A stretch of 64,000 nt of DNA from an uncultured Methanosarcinaceae archaeon (GCA_963847185.1 CAWJYV010000010.1:416001-480000), one strand, 5' to 3'; positions 1 to 9,924 are shown, numbered from the stretch's first letter. Notes: generated by a model from the letters alone, not told the origin. Translations and numbers: made by a program.

Positions 1-326
1 TGTTGTTTTTGATAATCAGTAAATCCTAATAACATATTAATATTCTGCTGATTTTAACAAAATAAATTACAGGAGTTATTAAAAAAGCATCAGCGGGAAC
101 TAAAACTTTAGTTAAGCATTGGTTTTTATAAAAAGTCGGTATTTAAGAATATATAAAATACCAGTGAATTGTTAAACAGTCCTGAAAAATATTCGTAATG
201 GAAGATTTTGCGATACGAAATTAAATAATAATGAAGATAATTAAAGAATAACAAATAAAATCCAAAACGATGAGATTGAAAACATAACTCAAAACATAAA
301 TTAAAGTTTTATAAGGAAGATATTTT

Positions 327-506
327 ATGGAGGACTTTTACCAGCTTAAAAGGAAGCTTGAAGGTATGACGCCTTCGGAACTTTTTGATTATGCAAAGGA
401 AAAATATCCTGATAACGAAAATCTCGGACTCGGATCCAAAAAGATAGTCGTCAGAAGAATCCTTAACCTTGAAAGAAACAGAATGAATGAACAGGAAAAA
501 GCCTAA
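327..506 (+). CDS. small hypothetical protein, 59 aa (MEDFYQLKRKLEGMTPSELFDYAKEKY...EQEKA), not in ORF track
   Basis: Hand-translated ATG327-TAA506; purine-rich AAGGAAG upstream; same strand as the downstream MPN gene. Confidence 0.65.
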   Translation: MEDFYQLKRKLEGMTPSELFDYAKEKYPDNENLGLGSKKIVVRRILNLERNRMNEQEKA

Positions 507-573
507 CATTAAAGATACTTTTGCCTTCAGAATGAAGAGATAAGCATATACATTTTCAGGAGAAGAATTATCT

Positions 574-969
574 ATGCAAATTAAGGGAATAGCCCGAGAT
601 ACCTTGACTTTTATTCTAGAGGCCAGCAAGTCCATGGCTCCGGAAGAGTTTGCAGGACTTTTGCAGGAAAAAGACGGCATCATTACTGAGGTGCTTATAC
701 TGCCAGGCACGGAGTCCAGTGACACAAACGCAGTTTTGAGACTTTACATGATGCCGAATGTCAAAGCCGCAGGCTCTGTCCACAGCCATCCGGGCCCGAA
801 CCGCAGACCTTCGCAAGCTGACCTTCACCTTTTCTCAAAAACAGGAAACTGCCATATAATAGTGGGCCGTCCCTATGACAGACAGAGCTGGACCTGTTAC
901 GATAGAGAAGGAAATGTCAGGGAACTCGAAGTACTTGATGTAGAGTTTGAAGACGAGGAAGAAATTTAA
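574..969 (+). CDS. JAB1/MPN/Mov34 (JAMM) metalloprotease family protein
   Basis: N-terminal Glu (PEEFAG) plus JAMM motif HSHPGPNRRPSQAD (HxH-x7-S-x2-D). Confidence 0.9.
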   Translation: MQIKGIARDTLTFILEASKSMAPEEFAGLLQEKDGIITEVLILPGTESSDTNAVLRLYMMPNVKAAGSVHSHPGPNRRPSQADLHLFSKTGNCHIIVGRPYDRQSWTCYDREGNVRELEVLDVEFEDEEEI

Positions 970-1421
970 CTTAAAGCTCCTGAAGAAACATTTTTAAGGT
1001 TCCGGAAGAAATTATTAAATCTTCGTAAGAAACTTGCTTAAAGCTCCTGAACATCTTCATCTTTTTTGACCGGCAAAAACTTTCTGTATTGAGATATAAA
1101 TAAACTCATTTCGATTTCGAGCAGCTACGGCAGTCCCTGTCTACTACGACAATCTTTTATCGCAGGACCTTACCCCTACCTGCCTGTTCCTGAGTTCTAC
1201 TGTTAAAGTGAAAACCATAAAACCTTTACTTTCTCAGGTTACTGCCCCTCCTTTTAAATAGTCTACCAAAAATGTTTTATTTACAGATACATATTGTTTA
1301 GAGGATACTTCTTCGCATTAAAATATACGAAGAAAGCGATTCTTCGCTTCAGAAGTTGTATCCGGGCAAACGTCTGGGAAGAGAACCAGATGGCCTTCAC
1401 ATTCTGGAGGTAGTAATCCGA

Positions 1422-1598
1422 ATGCCTACATGCCAAGATTGCAGATTTTATACGGCTATTGATGAGCTAAAAGGCGAATGTTTCAGCCTTGGTTTTGAAG
1501 TACGTGGTAAAACCGATTCCAAGAAGTGCCCGGAGCGGGCTTTCAGGCCAGATAAAGGCGGTCCCAAACCGAAAAAATCCGGAGCAGCAAGATATTAA
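1422..1598 (+). CDS. small 4-Cys protein, 58 aa, possible Fe-S/Zn binder (BssC/benzylsuccinate synthase gamma-like pattern)
   Basis: GGAGGT upstream of ATG1422; MPTCQDC..GEC..KKCP; the ORF track starts too far upstream. Confidence 0.65.
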   Translation: MPTCQDCRFYTAIDELKGECFSLGFEVRGKTDSKKCPERAFRPDKGGPKPKKSGAARY

Positions 1599-1826
1599 AA
1601 CAAGTTGCTAAAGAATAGGGGACGAAAAAAGCTCAGAAAAGAGGTTTAAAACATAACTATGGATTGAAACATACCTCAAGCCTGGAAATCTGCCGGAAAG
1701 CGCCAAAGATTTTCTTTTTTTGCTTGCCGGAATTAAATGAGCTTAAATAGATCTCATTGAATTTATTTTTATATCTGCTTTTTTTCCTTTGAATGACGAA
1801 GGACAAAATGAATTAACATAGGTTAT

Positions 1827-2030
1827 GAGAGAATTAACGAGAAATTAATGAGAAATTAACGAGAAATTAATGAGAAATTAACGAGAAATTAATGAGAAAT
1901 TAACGAGAAATTAATGAGAATTAACAAGAAATTAATGAGAATTAACAAGAAATTAATGAGAATTAGCGAAATTAATGAAATTAATGAAAGAATAAATGAG
2001 AAATTAATGAAAGAATTAATGGATAATTAA
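1827..2030. repeat. tandem array of the 11-bp unit GAGAAATTAA(C/T), degenerating rightwards
   Basis: Directly visible; no unique spacers. Confidence 0.95.
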
Positions 2031-2035
2031 CAAAA

Positions 2036-2287
2036 CTAGCAACGAGAAGAGTCCGCAGCTTCAAGGACTTCCTGCGCGATCTGGATCAGCCTGAACCAGG
2101 TGTTCAGCGCCGAGCGAAGAGAAACCGGATCTTCAGCCTTTACGCTAAGCACCAGCGTGTTCTTATCCTCAAGAGATAGGCCTATTGCAGACCTTTCTGA
2201 GAAATTGTCCTCAAGCTCAGGCAGGACAGCCCTGTAGATCGTTTCTGCAGTTTCGGCTTCAAAAGTAAATTCTGCAAACAGTTTCAA
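2036..2287 (-). CDS. pcc1: KEOPS complex subunit Pcc1
   Basis: Size and A.D..SLRSALNTW motif; canonical position after Brix. Confidence 0.9.
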   Translation of the reverse strand: MKLFAEFTFEAETAETIYRAVLPELEDNFSERSAIGLSLEDKNTLVLSVKAEDPVSLRSALNTWFRLIQIAQEVLEAADSSRC

Positions 2288-2320
2288 AGAATTCCTCCGG
2301 GAAAAATAAGGGTATTAAGG

Positions 2321-2794
2321 TCAGTATTTTTTAAAACCTTTTATATTAAGCTTAAAAAGAGACTTTCCATCGCCCTTAAAATCAATCTCCTTCTCCCCAA
2401 CCACAATTAAGACAGACCTGGCAGGAAGCTGGTCGATTTTATCGCTCTCAATCCTCGGGAAGTGGAAAAAGCTCCCAAGAGCATCTGCAATCTCCCCCTT
2501 CCCTGTAAGCACGGATTGAACATCCGGAAACCAGTAAGACTCGATTTCTTTGGAATACCAGTCCACAAACCTGAGGGAAAAAAGGAACTTCCCAGCTTTG
2601 TCAAAAAAACTGAGCTCCCCTGGGTTTCCGTGGTACTCTCCCACAACAATGAGAGCCCCGCCCCCAGCAGATTCCACAAGTTCCTGCATACCCATTTTTC
2701 CGCGTGCAATGCACTTTCCGGCTGCGACCCGCGAGAGCAACTTGCAAAGCGTCCTTGTCTTTGCAGACGGTTTGCGAGAAGTAGTAATTAGCAT
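2321..2794 (-). CDS. Brix/Imp4-domain rRNA maturation protein
   Basis: [16 protein letters not shown] and GNPG motifs of archaeal Brix. Confidence 0.9.
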   Translation of the reverse strand: MLITTSRKPSAKTRTLCKLLSRVAAGKCIARGKMGMQELVESAGGGALIVVGEYHGNPGELSFFDKAGKFLFSLRFVDWYSKEIESYWFPDVQSVLTGKGEIADALGSFFHFPRIESDKIDQLPARSVLIVVGEKEIDFKGDGKSLFKLNIKGFKKY

Positions 2795-2874
2795 ACTTCC
2801 CCTGACGAGTTAAGAGTATTTTTCACTTTCGCTCCGCCTGGAGAGTATTTTTTCTGTTTGACAAATCCATGCGG

Positions 2875-2960
2875 ATAGATATTGAAAAAGCTAAAGGTCC
2901 AGATCTTAAACTTCGCACCCTCATTGAGGGTTAGAGACATCAAAAAAGTAACCCCGTTTT
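2875..2960 (+). mobile_element. candidate casposon junction 1: tRNA-3'-like target, 14-nt CGCACCCTCATTGA (2914-2927), then GGG-starting end
   Basis: Homologous to the site at 3915-4010 (15/23 identity up to CGCAC; same CGCAC-N9-GGG spacing); lies at the left edge of the island. Confidence 0.45.
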
Positions 2961-3078
2961 GCAAGATTTATATAAAACTTCTTTCAAAAATTGCCCCATT
3001 CATAAGTAATTATCTTTTTACAATGATCGTCTGAAAAAAATTAAGTTATTTTGGATGTTATTTTGAGTTATTTTGATG

Positions 3079-3603
3079 TTATTTTGGATGTTCCTTTTCG
3101 TTTGAAGTTTTCCCTTCATCCTGAAGAAGAGCAAGATCCAAAAGTTCTTCGTACACTTCCTTATGATGCATTCCAACTACACTGGCCTTGAATCGGTCCG
3201 TGCCGGTGCTCCCATCCCTTTGCAGATAAACATATTTTCCGTTTTCAATACCCATAATTACAGAGGCGTCGGGAATAATTCTCACGTTAAAGTATTTAGC
3301 AAGGTCCATGTTCTGATCCACATCCACAGCCATGAACGTTACTTTTCCCCCATATTCTGTTGCCAGTTCATCAAAGACAGGCTTCATTCCCCTACATGCC
3401 TTACACCATCGAGATCCGAATTTCAAAAAAACAGGGCCTTTCTGGAGAGATGCATTTATCTGCTCAATAGAGGTTACTTCTATAACAGTATTTTTCTCCA
3501 GGCCTGCATCGGCCTTTGTGGAATTTGCCTGAGTTTTTTCAGCACAGCCTTCTGCAGATATCATCACTGCAAGCAATATCAATAATGTAATTACTTTCTT
3601 CAT
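3079..3603 (-). CDS. thioredoxin-fold lipoprotein (WCKAC)
   Basis: Signal peptide with lipobox-like AEGC; CxxC and VDVD..LA..F.V..IP Trx pattern. Confidence 0.85.
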   Translation of the reverse strand: MKKVITLLILLAVMISAEGCAEKTQANSTKADAGLEKNTVIEVTSIEQINASLQKGPVFLKFGSRWCKACRGMKPVFDELATEYGGKVTFMAVDVDQNMDLAKYFNVRIIPDASVIMGIENGKYVYLQRDGSTGTDRFKASVVGMHHKEVYEELLDLALLQDEGKTSNEKEHPK

Positions 3604-3914
3604 ATTAGTCGTCCCCTACTCCACCAGAATATAATAAAGAAAATATTTGAAATGTGAACATACTTATTGGATTTACGCAACTGATTTTTAAACGGTTTAG
3701 ATAACAGGCCTCTTGTTAAAACTAAAGAGTTTAAGCTAGACCTTAGTGCATAGATAGACTACTTTGAAATATAAATGAATAATAGAATAAATTTTCCTTA
3801 TAATTAGTAGTGTTTAAAACGAATAAGGACATATTTTTTTTATTTCTTTCCAAATTATCAATAATTCAGTCGACATATATTTTTGAGTATAATTAAAATA
3901 AGGTTTTCTGCCTA

Positions 3915-4010
3915 GATAGAGGTCCTGGAAAAAAGAGTAAGGTTCGAATTTAATCCCTCGCACTAAATTCGTGGGTAATAGGGATCACGAATTTTTTGTA
4001 CGCAACAGAC
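3915..4010 (+). mobile_element. candidate casposon junction 2: degenerate tRNA-Leu-like 3' end, 14-nt CGCACTAAATTCGT (3959-3972), end starting GGGTAATAGGGATC at 3973
   Basis: GGTTCGAATttaATCCCTCGCACtA resembles a tRNA T-loop/acceptor end; lies downstream of the cas1-solo gene. Confidence 0.55.
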
Positions 4011-4108
4011 AAATTTTCACAGTATACTTTTTTAAAATACTTTCAAGTTAAAAAAGAGTATATTTTATATTTATAAAAATAAACAAATAATAAATTTTTT
4101 GTACGCAA
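3990..4108 (+). repeat. 16-bp direct repeat AATTTTTTGTACGCAA (3990-4005 and 4093-4108), candidate subterminal repeats
   Basis: Exact repeat, with a further TACGCAA at about 4119. Confidence 0.8.
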
Positions 4109-4574
4109 GTGCATAAGTTACGCAAAACCACTTTTTCTAAAGTGGGTAAGTCAAAAATAAATTATCTCATTTTTGGAAGTTGCCTTAACAAAATTTACCT
4201 TTGTTCTCTTTCAAAAATTACCTTACAAAAATGAGAGGGGTTGTTTAAAAGTTTTGCAGTTAAAAATAAGGTTATTTAATATACAGATATGCTAATAAAT
4301 ATTTTGATATGTCCAATCTGTCAAAAATACTTACTAATTCAAAAAATGGTTGACTAAAACTGATTTTTTTGTAGTTTATTTAACTTACTGTATAATCTCA
4401 TTTTTTGGAATTTAGAATATATTATTCTGGATTTTTTTTCTTATATTGACTAAAAACTTGATGAGTTATTTCAAATTAATTTCAATACATAAAGCGATGA
4501 AAAAAGATCAAATCATATAACTATTTACTCTTTTAGTTTGGTAATAAACTTATACTTTTTTATGGGCGAATCTT

Positions 4575-7500
4575 ATGGAACCAGTTACTCAAATAATACT
4601 TGGAAAATCTATATCTTCTGTAATTAGTTATGGAGTTCAAACTCTGTGCAAAAAGATTCCTAATTCGATATTTGCTAAGGAAGAAATTGGGAGTGTAATA
4701 TTTGATAACTCTTACTTTGACTCCTTAGTAGAGAGAGATATTGAATACATTAACAAAGAAATAAATAATTTAGATAACACCTATGAAATAAATTTTGAAT
4801 CAATTTGTACATTTTTCAAATATCCAGAAATAGAATGTATAATACGTCAAATATACGCAGCTATTTTACCTAGGAATTTTACTCATGATAAGAACATCAA
4901 AGAGATTGAAAAAGAACTTGCACTTTTATTATCACTATACTTTGGTGTTAAACAGGAAAAAATTTCGAACCTTGCATCAATATTATTCGGCATATTGATC
5001 GAAGGATGTCAAGAGACACTCAGCAAGCAAATCTTCAATAGTGAACTTACAGCCCTAGCAATTATGTCAAATTATAATAATAAAATAATTCTTGATGAAT
5101 TAGAAGGAATAAAAAGGAATACTGAATTTCTTTTGGAGGAGGAAATAAACTCTAAAGAAATTCATCGCTTTTTTGGGGTATATCGTGATCTTCTGAAAGA
5201 AAGGCATAAATGGATACCAATTTCAAATTTCGAAGGTAGTGTAAGAAAACCTATTGATAAAATCTATGTATGCCCAAATTTTATCAAAAGAAGCAAGGAA
5301 AATAGAGTCAATAAATCCTTAGAGTTTTTTGATTTCCTTTCGAAAATACATCGCGTAGTAATACTAGGCGATCCAGGTAATGGAAAAACCACCTTCACTA
5401 AAAAAATGTGCTATGAGTTGTCTTCTAGATATTCAGACAGACTTTTTGCAGGAAGAGAACTGGTTCCTTTTTTAATAGTGATCAAAGATTATCAAGCAGA
5501 AAAAATGAAAAATAACATTTCAATAATAGATTTCATAAGTGATGGATTAAATCCGAACTTTCAAATAGAACCGCCTAAGGGTGCTTTTAAGTATCTTTTA
5601 TTGAACGGCTATATTTTGTTGATATTTGATGGACTTGATGAGCTTTTAGATACGAGATATAGAGAACAAATAGTATATGAAATTGAGTCATTTTGTACTC
5701 TTTACCCTTCAATTCCAGTAATAGTCACCTCTCGTAGAATAGGATATGAGGAAGCTGCATTAAGAGATGACATGTTTGAGATATATGAAATGACTTCTTT
5801 TAATAGAAATCAAATTAGAGAATATGTTGAAAAATGGTTTAGTTTAGATTATGAATTAAGTTCAAATCAAAGAATTGAAAAAGCAAGGCACTTCATGATT
5901 GAAAGCGAGAAGGTATCTGACCTTCGTTCTAATTCTTTGATGTTATCTTTGATGTGCAACATATATAGACAAGAAAATTACATCCCAGAAAACAGACCCA
6001 AAATTTATCAAAAATGCGCTGAAATGCTTTTCAAAAAATGGGATAGATATAGGGGAATTAATCCCAAGATCACGATACAAGACTCAAAAATAGAATCTCT
6101 CATTTCTCATCTGGCTCATTGGATATATACAAATGAGTTCTCAAAAGAAGGTGTAAGAGAAGAGGAGTTAATATGGAGAGCAACTGAATATCTTTACGGT
6201 TCTACTTATGAAGATCACGATGAAGCCAAAAAGGTGGCAGAAGAATTTGTAACTTTCTCAAAGGGACGCGCATGGATATTTACTGCTATTGGTACTAATA
6301 CAGATCAAGAATTATACCAATTCACACATAGGACTTTTTTAGAATACTTTACAGCAGAATGGTTTTGCAAAAATTTTGAGGATACATTTGAGTTAACTAA
6401 TGAGCTGATTCCAAAAATAAGTAAAAGAGAATGGGATGTAGTGGCACAGTTAGCATTCCAAATAAGGGGTGAATACTCAGAGAATGCAACAGATAAAATA
6501 TTCAACACTTTGTTGAAAGTAGCAAATGTATCAGAGGAAGTAGAATGTGGAAATTTACTCTCTTTTGCAGCAAAAAGCCTAGAGTTTATGAGACCAAGTC
6601 CAAATGTAGTTAAAGAGCTAACAAAAGAGTGTTTTGAGTTTTCTCTTTCTTTTGGAAATAGTATCACTAAGGGTAGGAATATGCAACAGGGGAGTATACT
6701 GACTCTGAATAGAATTAGAGGTCTTCCTATTAGATTAATTGTAGACCTCAGGCATTCTATAAGAGAAAATAAAATAAAAGTTGTTGAAACATTAAAAGAT
6801 TTGATAATAGATTATATTAAAAACAAAAGAGATTTTGAAGCAACTTTAGCAGCCGAAATCATTTTTGAATTGGCATATGGAAGATATGACGAAGCTTTGG
6901 GTAAAAAAGAACAACTATACTGGTCTGAAATATCGAATACTATATTCCAAGAATGTTATCAACTTAACAAACCATTATTTGAAGAAGATCTTCATTTGTG
7001 CCTACAATCTTATAATACCTCAATTATAATAAAAATAGATACAGTTCTGAAATTACATGGGTTAGAAGGCATATTATCTGATTTTACTAATTTCATGAAC
7101 CCAAATTCTCTCCATTATGGAATTGGATACTCTTTATTAGACAAAATATTTCCATTTGATTTCTATTTAATAAGAACAACAACTGATTCATATACAGAGG
7201 AAACTATCAAAAAAACATCAGAAATATTACGAAAAATTGGAGAATTTTGTTTAGAGAGTACTTTGCCTATAAATTTAAAAGAGGATTTGTGCACTATGGT
7301 AAACCATTATAAAAATTTTTTATCTGATATGAAGCTACAAACGCGATTCACAAATGATGGCATAAAGGTGCAAAATAGAATTAGTATTCTGCATAACTAC
7401 TCAGATTCTACAACAATTTTCGGAGCATTTTGCTTACTTGCTATTTTATTTGAGCTAAATAATAGTCCCAGATCTAGAACATTTATTAAACATTTTATAA

Positions 7501-7706
7501 ATCAAGTTGATACAAAACCTTTAAAAAAGATTTTTTTGGTATGGTTGGGGGGCTGTATAGATTGCAATGAAATAAAAAATGAACTTGACATGGTTGGGTT
7601 CTCGAGTAGACAAAAAGAATTCATAGAGAATTGGGCTCAAAAGAACATCCGTTTTTTAAGGAGTAAAAATAAAAGCTTAAAAGATTATGGGATTAATGTA
7701 TCTTAA
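4575..7706 (+). CDS. NACHT-family STAND NTPase (NLR-like, candidate defence protein)
   Basis: Walker A GDPGNGKT, Walker B LLIFDGLDE, sensor VTSR and winged-helix FTHRTFLEYF; AT-rich. Confidence 0.9.
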   Translation: MEPVTQIILGKSISSVISYGVQTLCKKIPNSIFAKEEIGSVIFDNSYFDSLVERDIEYINKEINNLDNTYEINFESICTFFKYPEIECIIRQIYAAILPRNFTHDKNIKEIEKELALLLSLYFGVKQEKISNLASILFGILIEGCQETLSKQIFNSELTALAIMSNYNNKIILDELEGIKRNTEFLLEEEINSKEIHRFFGVYRDLLKERHKWIPISNFEGSVRKPIDKIYVCPNFIKRSKENRVNKSLEFFDFLSKIHRVVILGDPGNGKTTFTKKMCYELSSRYSDRLFAGRELVPFLIVIKDYQAEKMKNNISIIDFISDGLNPNFQIEPPKGAFKYLLLNGYILLIFDGLDELLDTRYREQIVYEIESFCTLYPSIPVIVTSRRIGYEEAALRDDMFEIYEMTSFNRNQIREYVEKWFSLDYELSSNQRIEKARHFMIESEKVSDLRSNSLMLSLMCNIYRQENYIPENRPKIYQKCAEMLFKKWDRYRGINPKITIQDSKIESLISHLAHWIYTNEFSKEGVREEELIWRATEYLYGSTYEDHDEAKKVAEEFVTFSKGRAWIFTAIGTNTDQELYQFTHRTFLEYFTAEWFCKNFEDTFELTNELIPKISKREWDVVAQLAFQIRGEYSENATDKIFNTLLKVANVSEEVECGNLLSFAAKSLEFMRPSPNVVKELTKECFEFSLSFGNSITKGRNMQQGSILTLNRIRGLPIRLIVDLRHSIRENKIKVVETLKDLIIDYIKNKRDFEATLAAEIIFELAYGRYDEALGKKEQLYWSEISNTIFQECYQLNKPLFEEDLHLCLQSYNTSIIIKIDTVLKLHGLEGILSDFTNFMNPNSLHYGIGYSLLDKIFPFDFYLIRTTTDSYTEETIKKTSEILRKIGEFCLESTLPINLKEDLCTMVNHYKNFLSDMKLQTRFTNDGIKVQNRISILHNYSDSTTIFGAFCLLAILFELNNSPRSRTFIKHFINQVDTKPLKKIFLVWLGGCIDCNEIKNELDMVGFSSRQKEFIENWAQKNIRFLRSKNKSLKDYGINVS

Positions 7707-7951
7707 ATATTAAACCACATATTAAGCTCCCTGCAAAAATATCTTTTCCAAAACTTATTAAGTTTGCAAACAGCCATTGTTTAACAAAATAGGTACCTTT
7801 AGTGCTTACTTTCAAAATAGAAATAAGACACACATTTTAATTTCATGACTTCAGGAGCGATGTTTATTAAAAATTTGAAATGTTTTTGTGGAAAAAGCCT
7901 CCGTTTTTTTTCTTTTGCTAATTTCCAGCCATAAAACTTGACTTTCCTTTA

Positions 7952-8656
7952 TCAAGTTTTAACCTGACCCCCTAAAACCAAATTTTCCCAAGCCTTAACT
8001 CTCTCCAAAACGTGGCTGTTTAGGGTAAAAGGTTTATCACTCTTGGCGTTCTGTTTCATATAATGTAAAGTACCCTTAGAAAACCCTAACTTTTTCCAAT
8101 CAACATAAGAAATACTCAGGATCTTTTGCCTTATTTCGTGGGAATCAACCCTCTGAACCCCAAATTCAGGGCTAACAAAATCTAATTCCTTTGGTTTTCC
8201 TGTAAGATTATGGGCTAACTCTCTGGCCTTTAGGAGTAATATAGACCCCCAGGTTGTCTGTTTATCCCCGTAATTTACGGGTTTGTTGAGCATGTTAGAG
8301 AACTCGTTAGCTACTTTCTTACCCCCAAGACCCCTTAATCTCAGGTTATAATTCTCGGTTACAATGAAATCTTTCTTATCCATTGTACCATTTTCAACTA
8401 AATTTATGACCGCTAAATCTACAAGAAACCTGAAAGGTTCCTGTAAATCATAGGCTAAACTATTTTTGCTGGGGTTCATTTCATGTAAAAACCCTACATG
8501 AGGGTCTAAACCAACAGTATTTATGACCCTTAAACACTCAGCTTCAAGTAAAGAATACCCATAATTTAGCATGGTACTTACCATATCCCCTGAACCCATA
8601 GGTCTTCTGTACTGGTCAATTCTTGAACAAAACTCGTACTTTTTCGGGATAGCTTT
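7952..8656 (-). pseudogene. cas1: 5'-truncated casposase (Cas1-solo, family-2 casposon type with C-terminal extension)
   Basis: Cas1 motifs MLNYGYSLL, GLDPHVGFLH and SLAYDLQEPFR; C-terminal WKKLGFSKGTLHYMK; plausible coding frame continues upstream of ATG8599 (KAIPKKYEFCSRIDQYRRP) to about 8656 and then stops; N-terminal half absent. Confidence 0.9.
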
Positions 8657-8786
8657 ATTATTTAACTTATCTAAGATCTATTATTCTTTTTGATTGTTTA
8701 TAATTATAAGGACTATACAGTTCTCATAATCTAGGGATTCATGAAAAAAAATAGATATGTTTATTAAGCAGTTTATTTTTATTAAT

Positions 8787-8902
8787 TAGGTTACGCACTT
8801 GAAGTACCAAATCAACAGCTGTAAGCTTACAACTTTCTGAAATTTAAATTCTAAATCTGATGTTTACTGTACTTGATTTTGAATCTGAAGTGCGTAAGTC
8901 CA
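8787..8902. mobile_element. ~116-bp MITE-like element with inverted ends TTACGCACTT / AAGTGCGTAAGTCC
   Basis: Visible terminal inverted repeat, no ORF; GGACTTACGCA-type ends recalled as recurrent in Methanosarcina. Confidence 0.6.
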
Positions 8903-8966
8903 GATTATTTACACATAAAACAAACGAAGGGGATATATTATTAGAAGGACACTAATTTTTTGTTTA

Positions 8967-9908
8967 ATGCTATTGCTTTTGATAAGCACAGCTTCAGCTG
9001 CGACACTTGATGTAGGACCCAAAGCGAAATATCATACGATTCAAAAAGCAGTAGATGCTGCTAAAGATGGGGATACTATTAGAGTTGCTCCAGGAACTTA
9101 TAAGGAAAATGTAAAAATCGATAACAAAACAATCTCATTAATGGGTACAAAATATCCTACAGTATATGGTTTTTGTTTTGAATCTGAGGATTTTGCTGAC
9201 TTCACCCAGTCTTTGAATATTAATGGATTCAAGATATCAAGAGATGGTGTGACCTTCACAGATTCAATTTTTTCTCATGCACCTATTACAACAGTGAGAA
9301 ACAATTATTTCTTAAACTGCAACATTACTATTACTGAGCGTAAGAATGGAATCAGTGTAATAAATAATCAATTCACAGGTCCTAAAGCCGGCATCCGCGC
9401 TTATGAAAGTAGCTATGATAAAGTTACAGGTAATAAATTCACAAATTGTGAAAAAGCAGCATTGGTTCAACTAGGATCAATAATTAAATTGTCAGGGAAT
9501 ACATTTACAAAATGTGATAACTGTGTGTACTCTTCTGAATCAGATTTTGGGGAAGTTTCTGATAATAAGTTTTCACAATGTCCAGTTGGACTACTACTCA
9601 CTGGATACACTCACGTTGATAAAATATCTACAAATTCGTTCACAAAATGTGGGACTGGCCTTAGTGTTATGGAAACAAAAGTTAACGACGTGGTTGGAAA
9701 TACATTTTCACAATGTGAGAAAGGGCTTTACGCTGAATCTTCATTTAACTCTCCATCATTTCCATCATTTGATAAAGTAACTAAAAACACATTTACTAAA
9801 TGTGATGTAGGCGTTACTCTTGTAGGTGTTCCAATTGATCCATTCACTGAAAATAAGTATATTAAAAACAAGAAAAACATAGAAATTATAAAAACAATAG
9901 AAGAATGA
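8967..9908 (+). CDS. secreted right-handed beta-helix (NosD/pectin-lyase-like) surface protein; true start possibly ATT8937
   Basis: Signal peptide ASA; YHTIQKAVDAAKDGDTI.V.PGTY.E; repeated N.F..C..G coils. Confidence 0.85.
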   Translation: MLLLLISTASAATLDVGPKAKYHTIQKAVDAAKDGDTIRVAPGTYKENVKIDNKTISLMGTKYPTVYGFCFESEDFADFTQSLNINGFKISRDGVTFTDSIFSHAPITTVRNNYFLNCNITITERKNGISVINNQFTGPKAGIRAYESSYDKVTGNKFTNCEKAALVQLGSIIKLSGNTFTKCDNCVYSSESDFGEVSDNKFSQCPVGLLLTGYTHVDKISTNSFTKCGTGLSVMETKVNDVVGNTFSQCEKGLYAESSFNSPSFPSFDKVTKNTFTKCDVGVTLVGVPIDPFTENKYIKNKKNIEIIKTIEE

Positions 9909-9924
9909 GAGCTATTAAATTAAT

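Noticed and set aside
1827-2030. Possible CRISPR array near cas1
   Set aside because: Contiguous 11-bp units with no unique spacers; it is a minisatellite.
3905-3965. Functional tRNA-Leu gene
   Set aside because: Only the 3' part resembles a tRNA; the T-stem and 5' acceptor strand cannot pair.
3975-3983. GTAATAGGG shared between the casposon-like end and the sRNA loop (minus strand, about 54502-54510)
   Set aside because: Only 9 nt, so plausible by chance; not enough to claim RNA-guided targeting.
7952-8656. CRISPR-Cas adaptation module
   Set aside because: No cas2, cas4, effector genes or array; the C-terminal extension fits casposon Cas1-solo.
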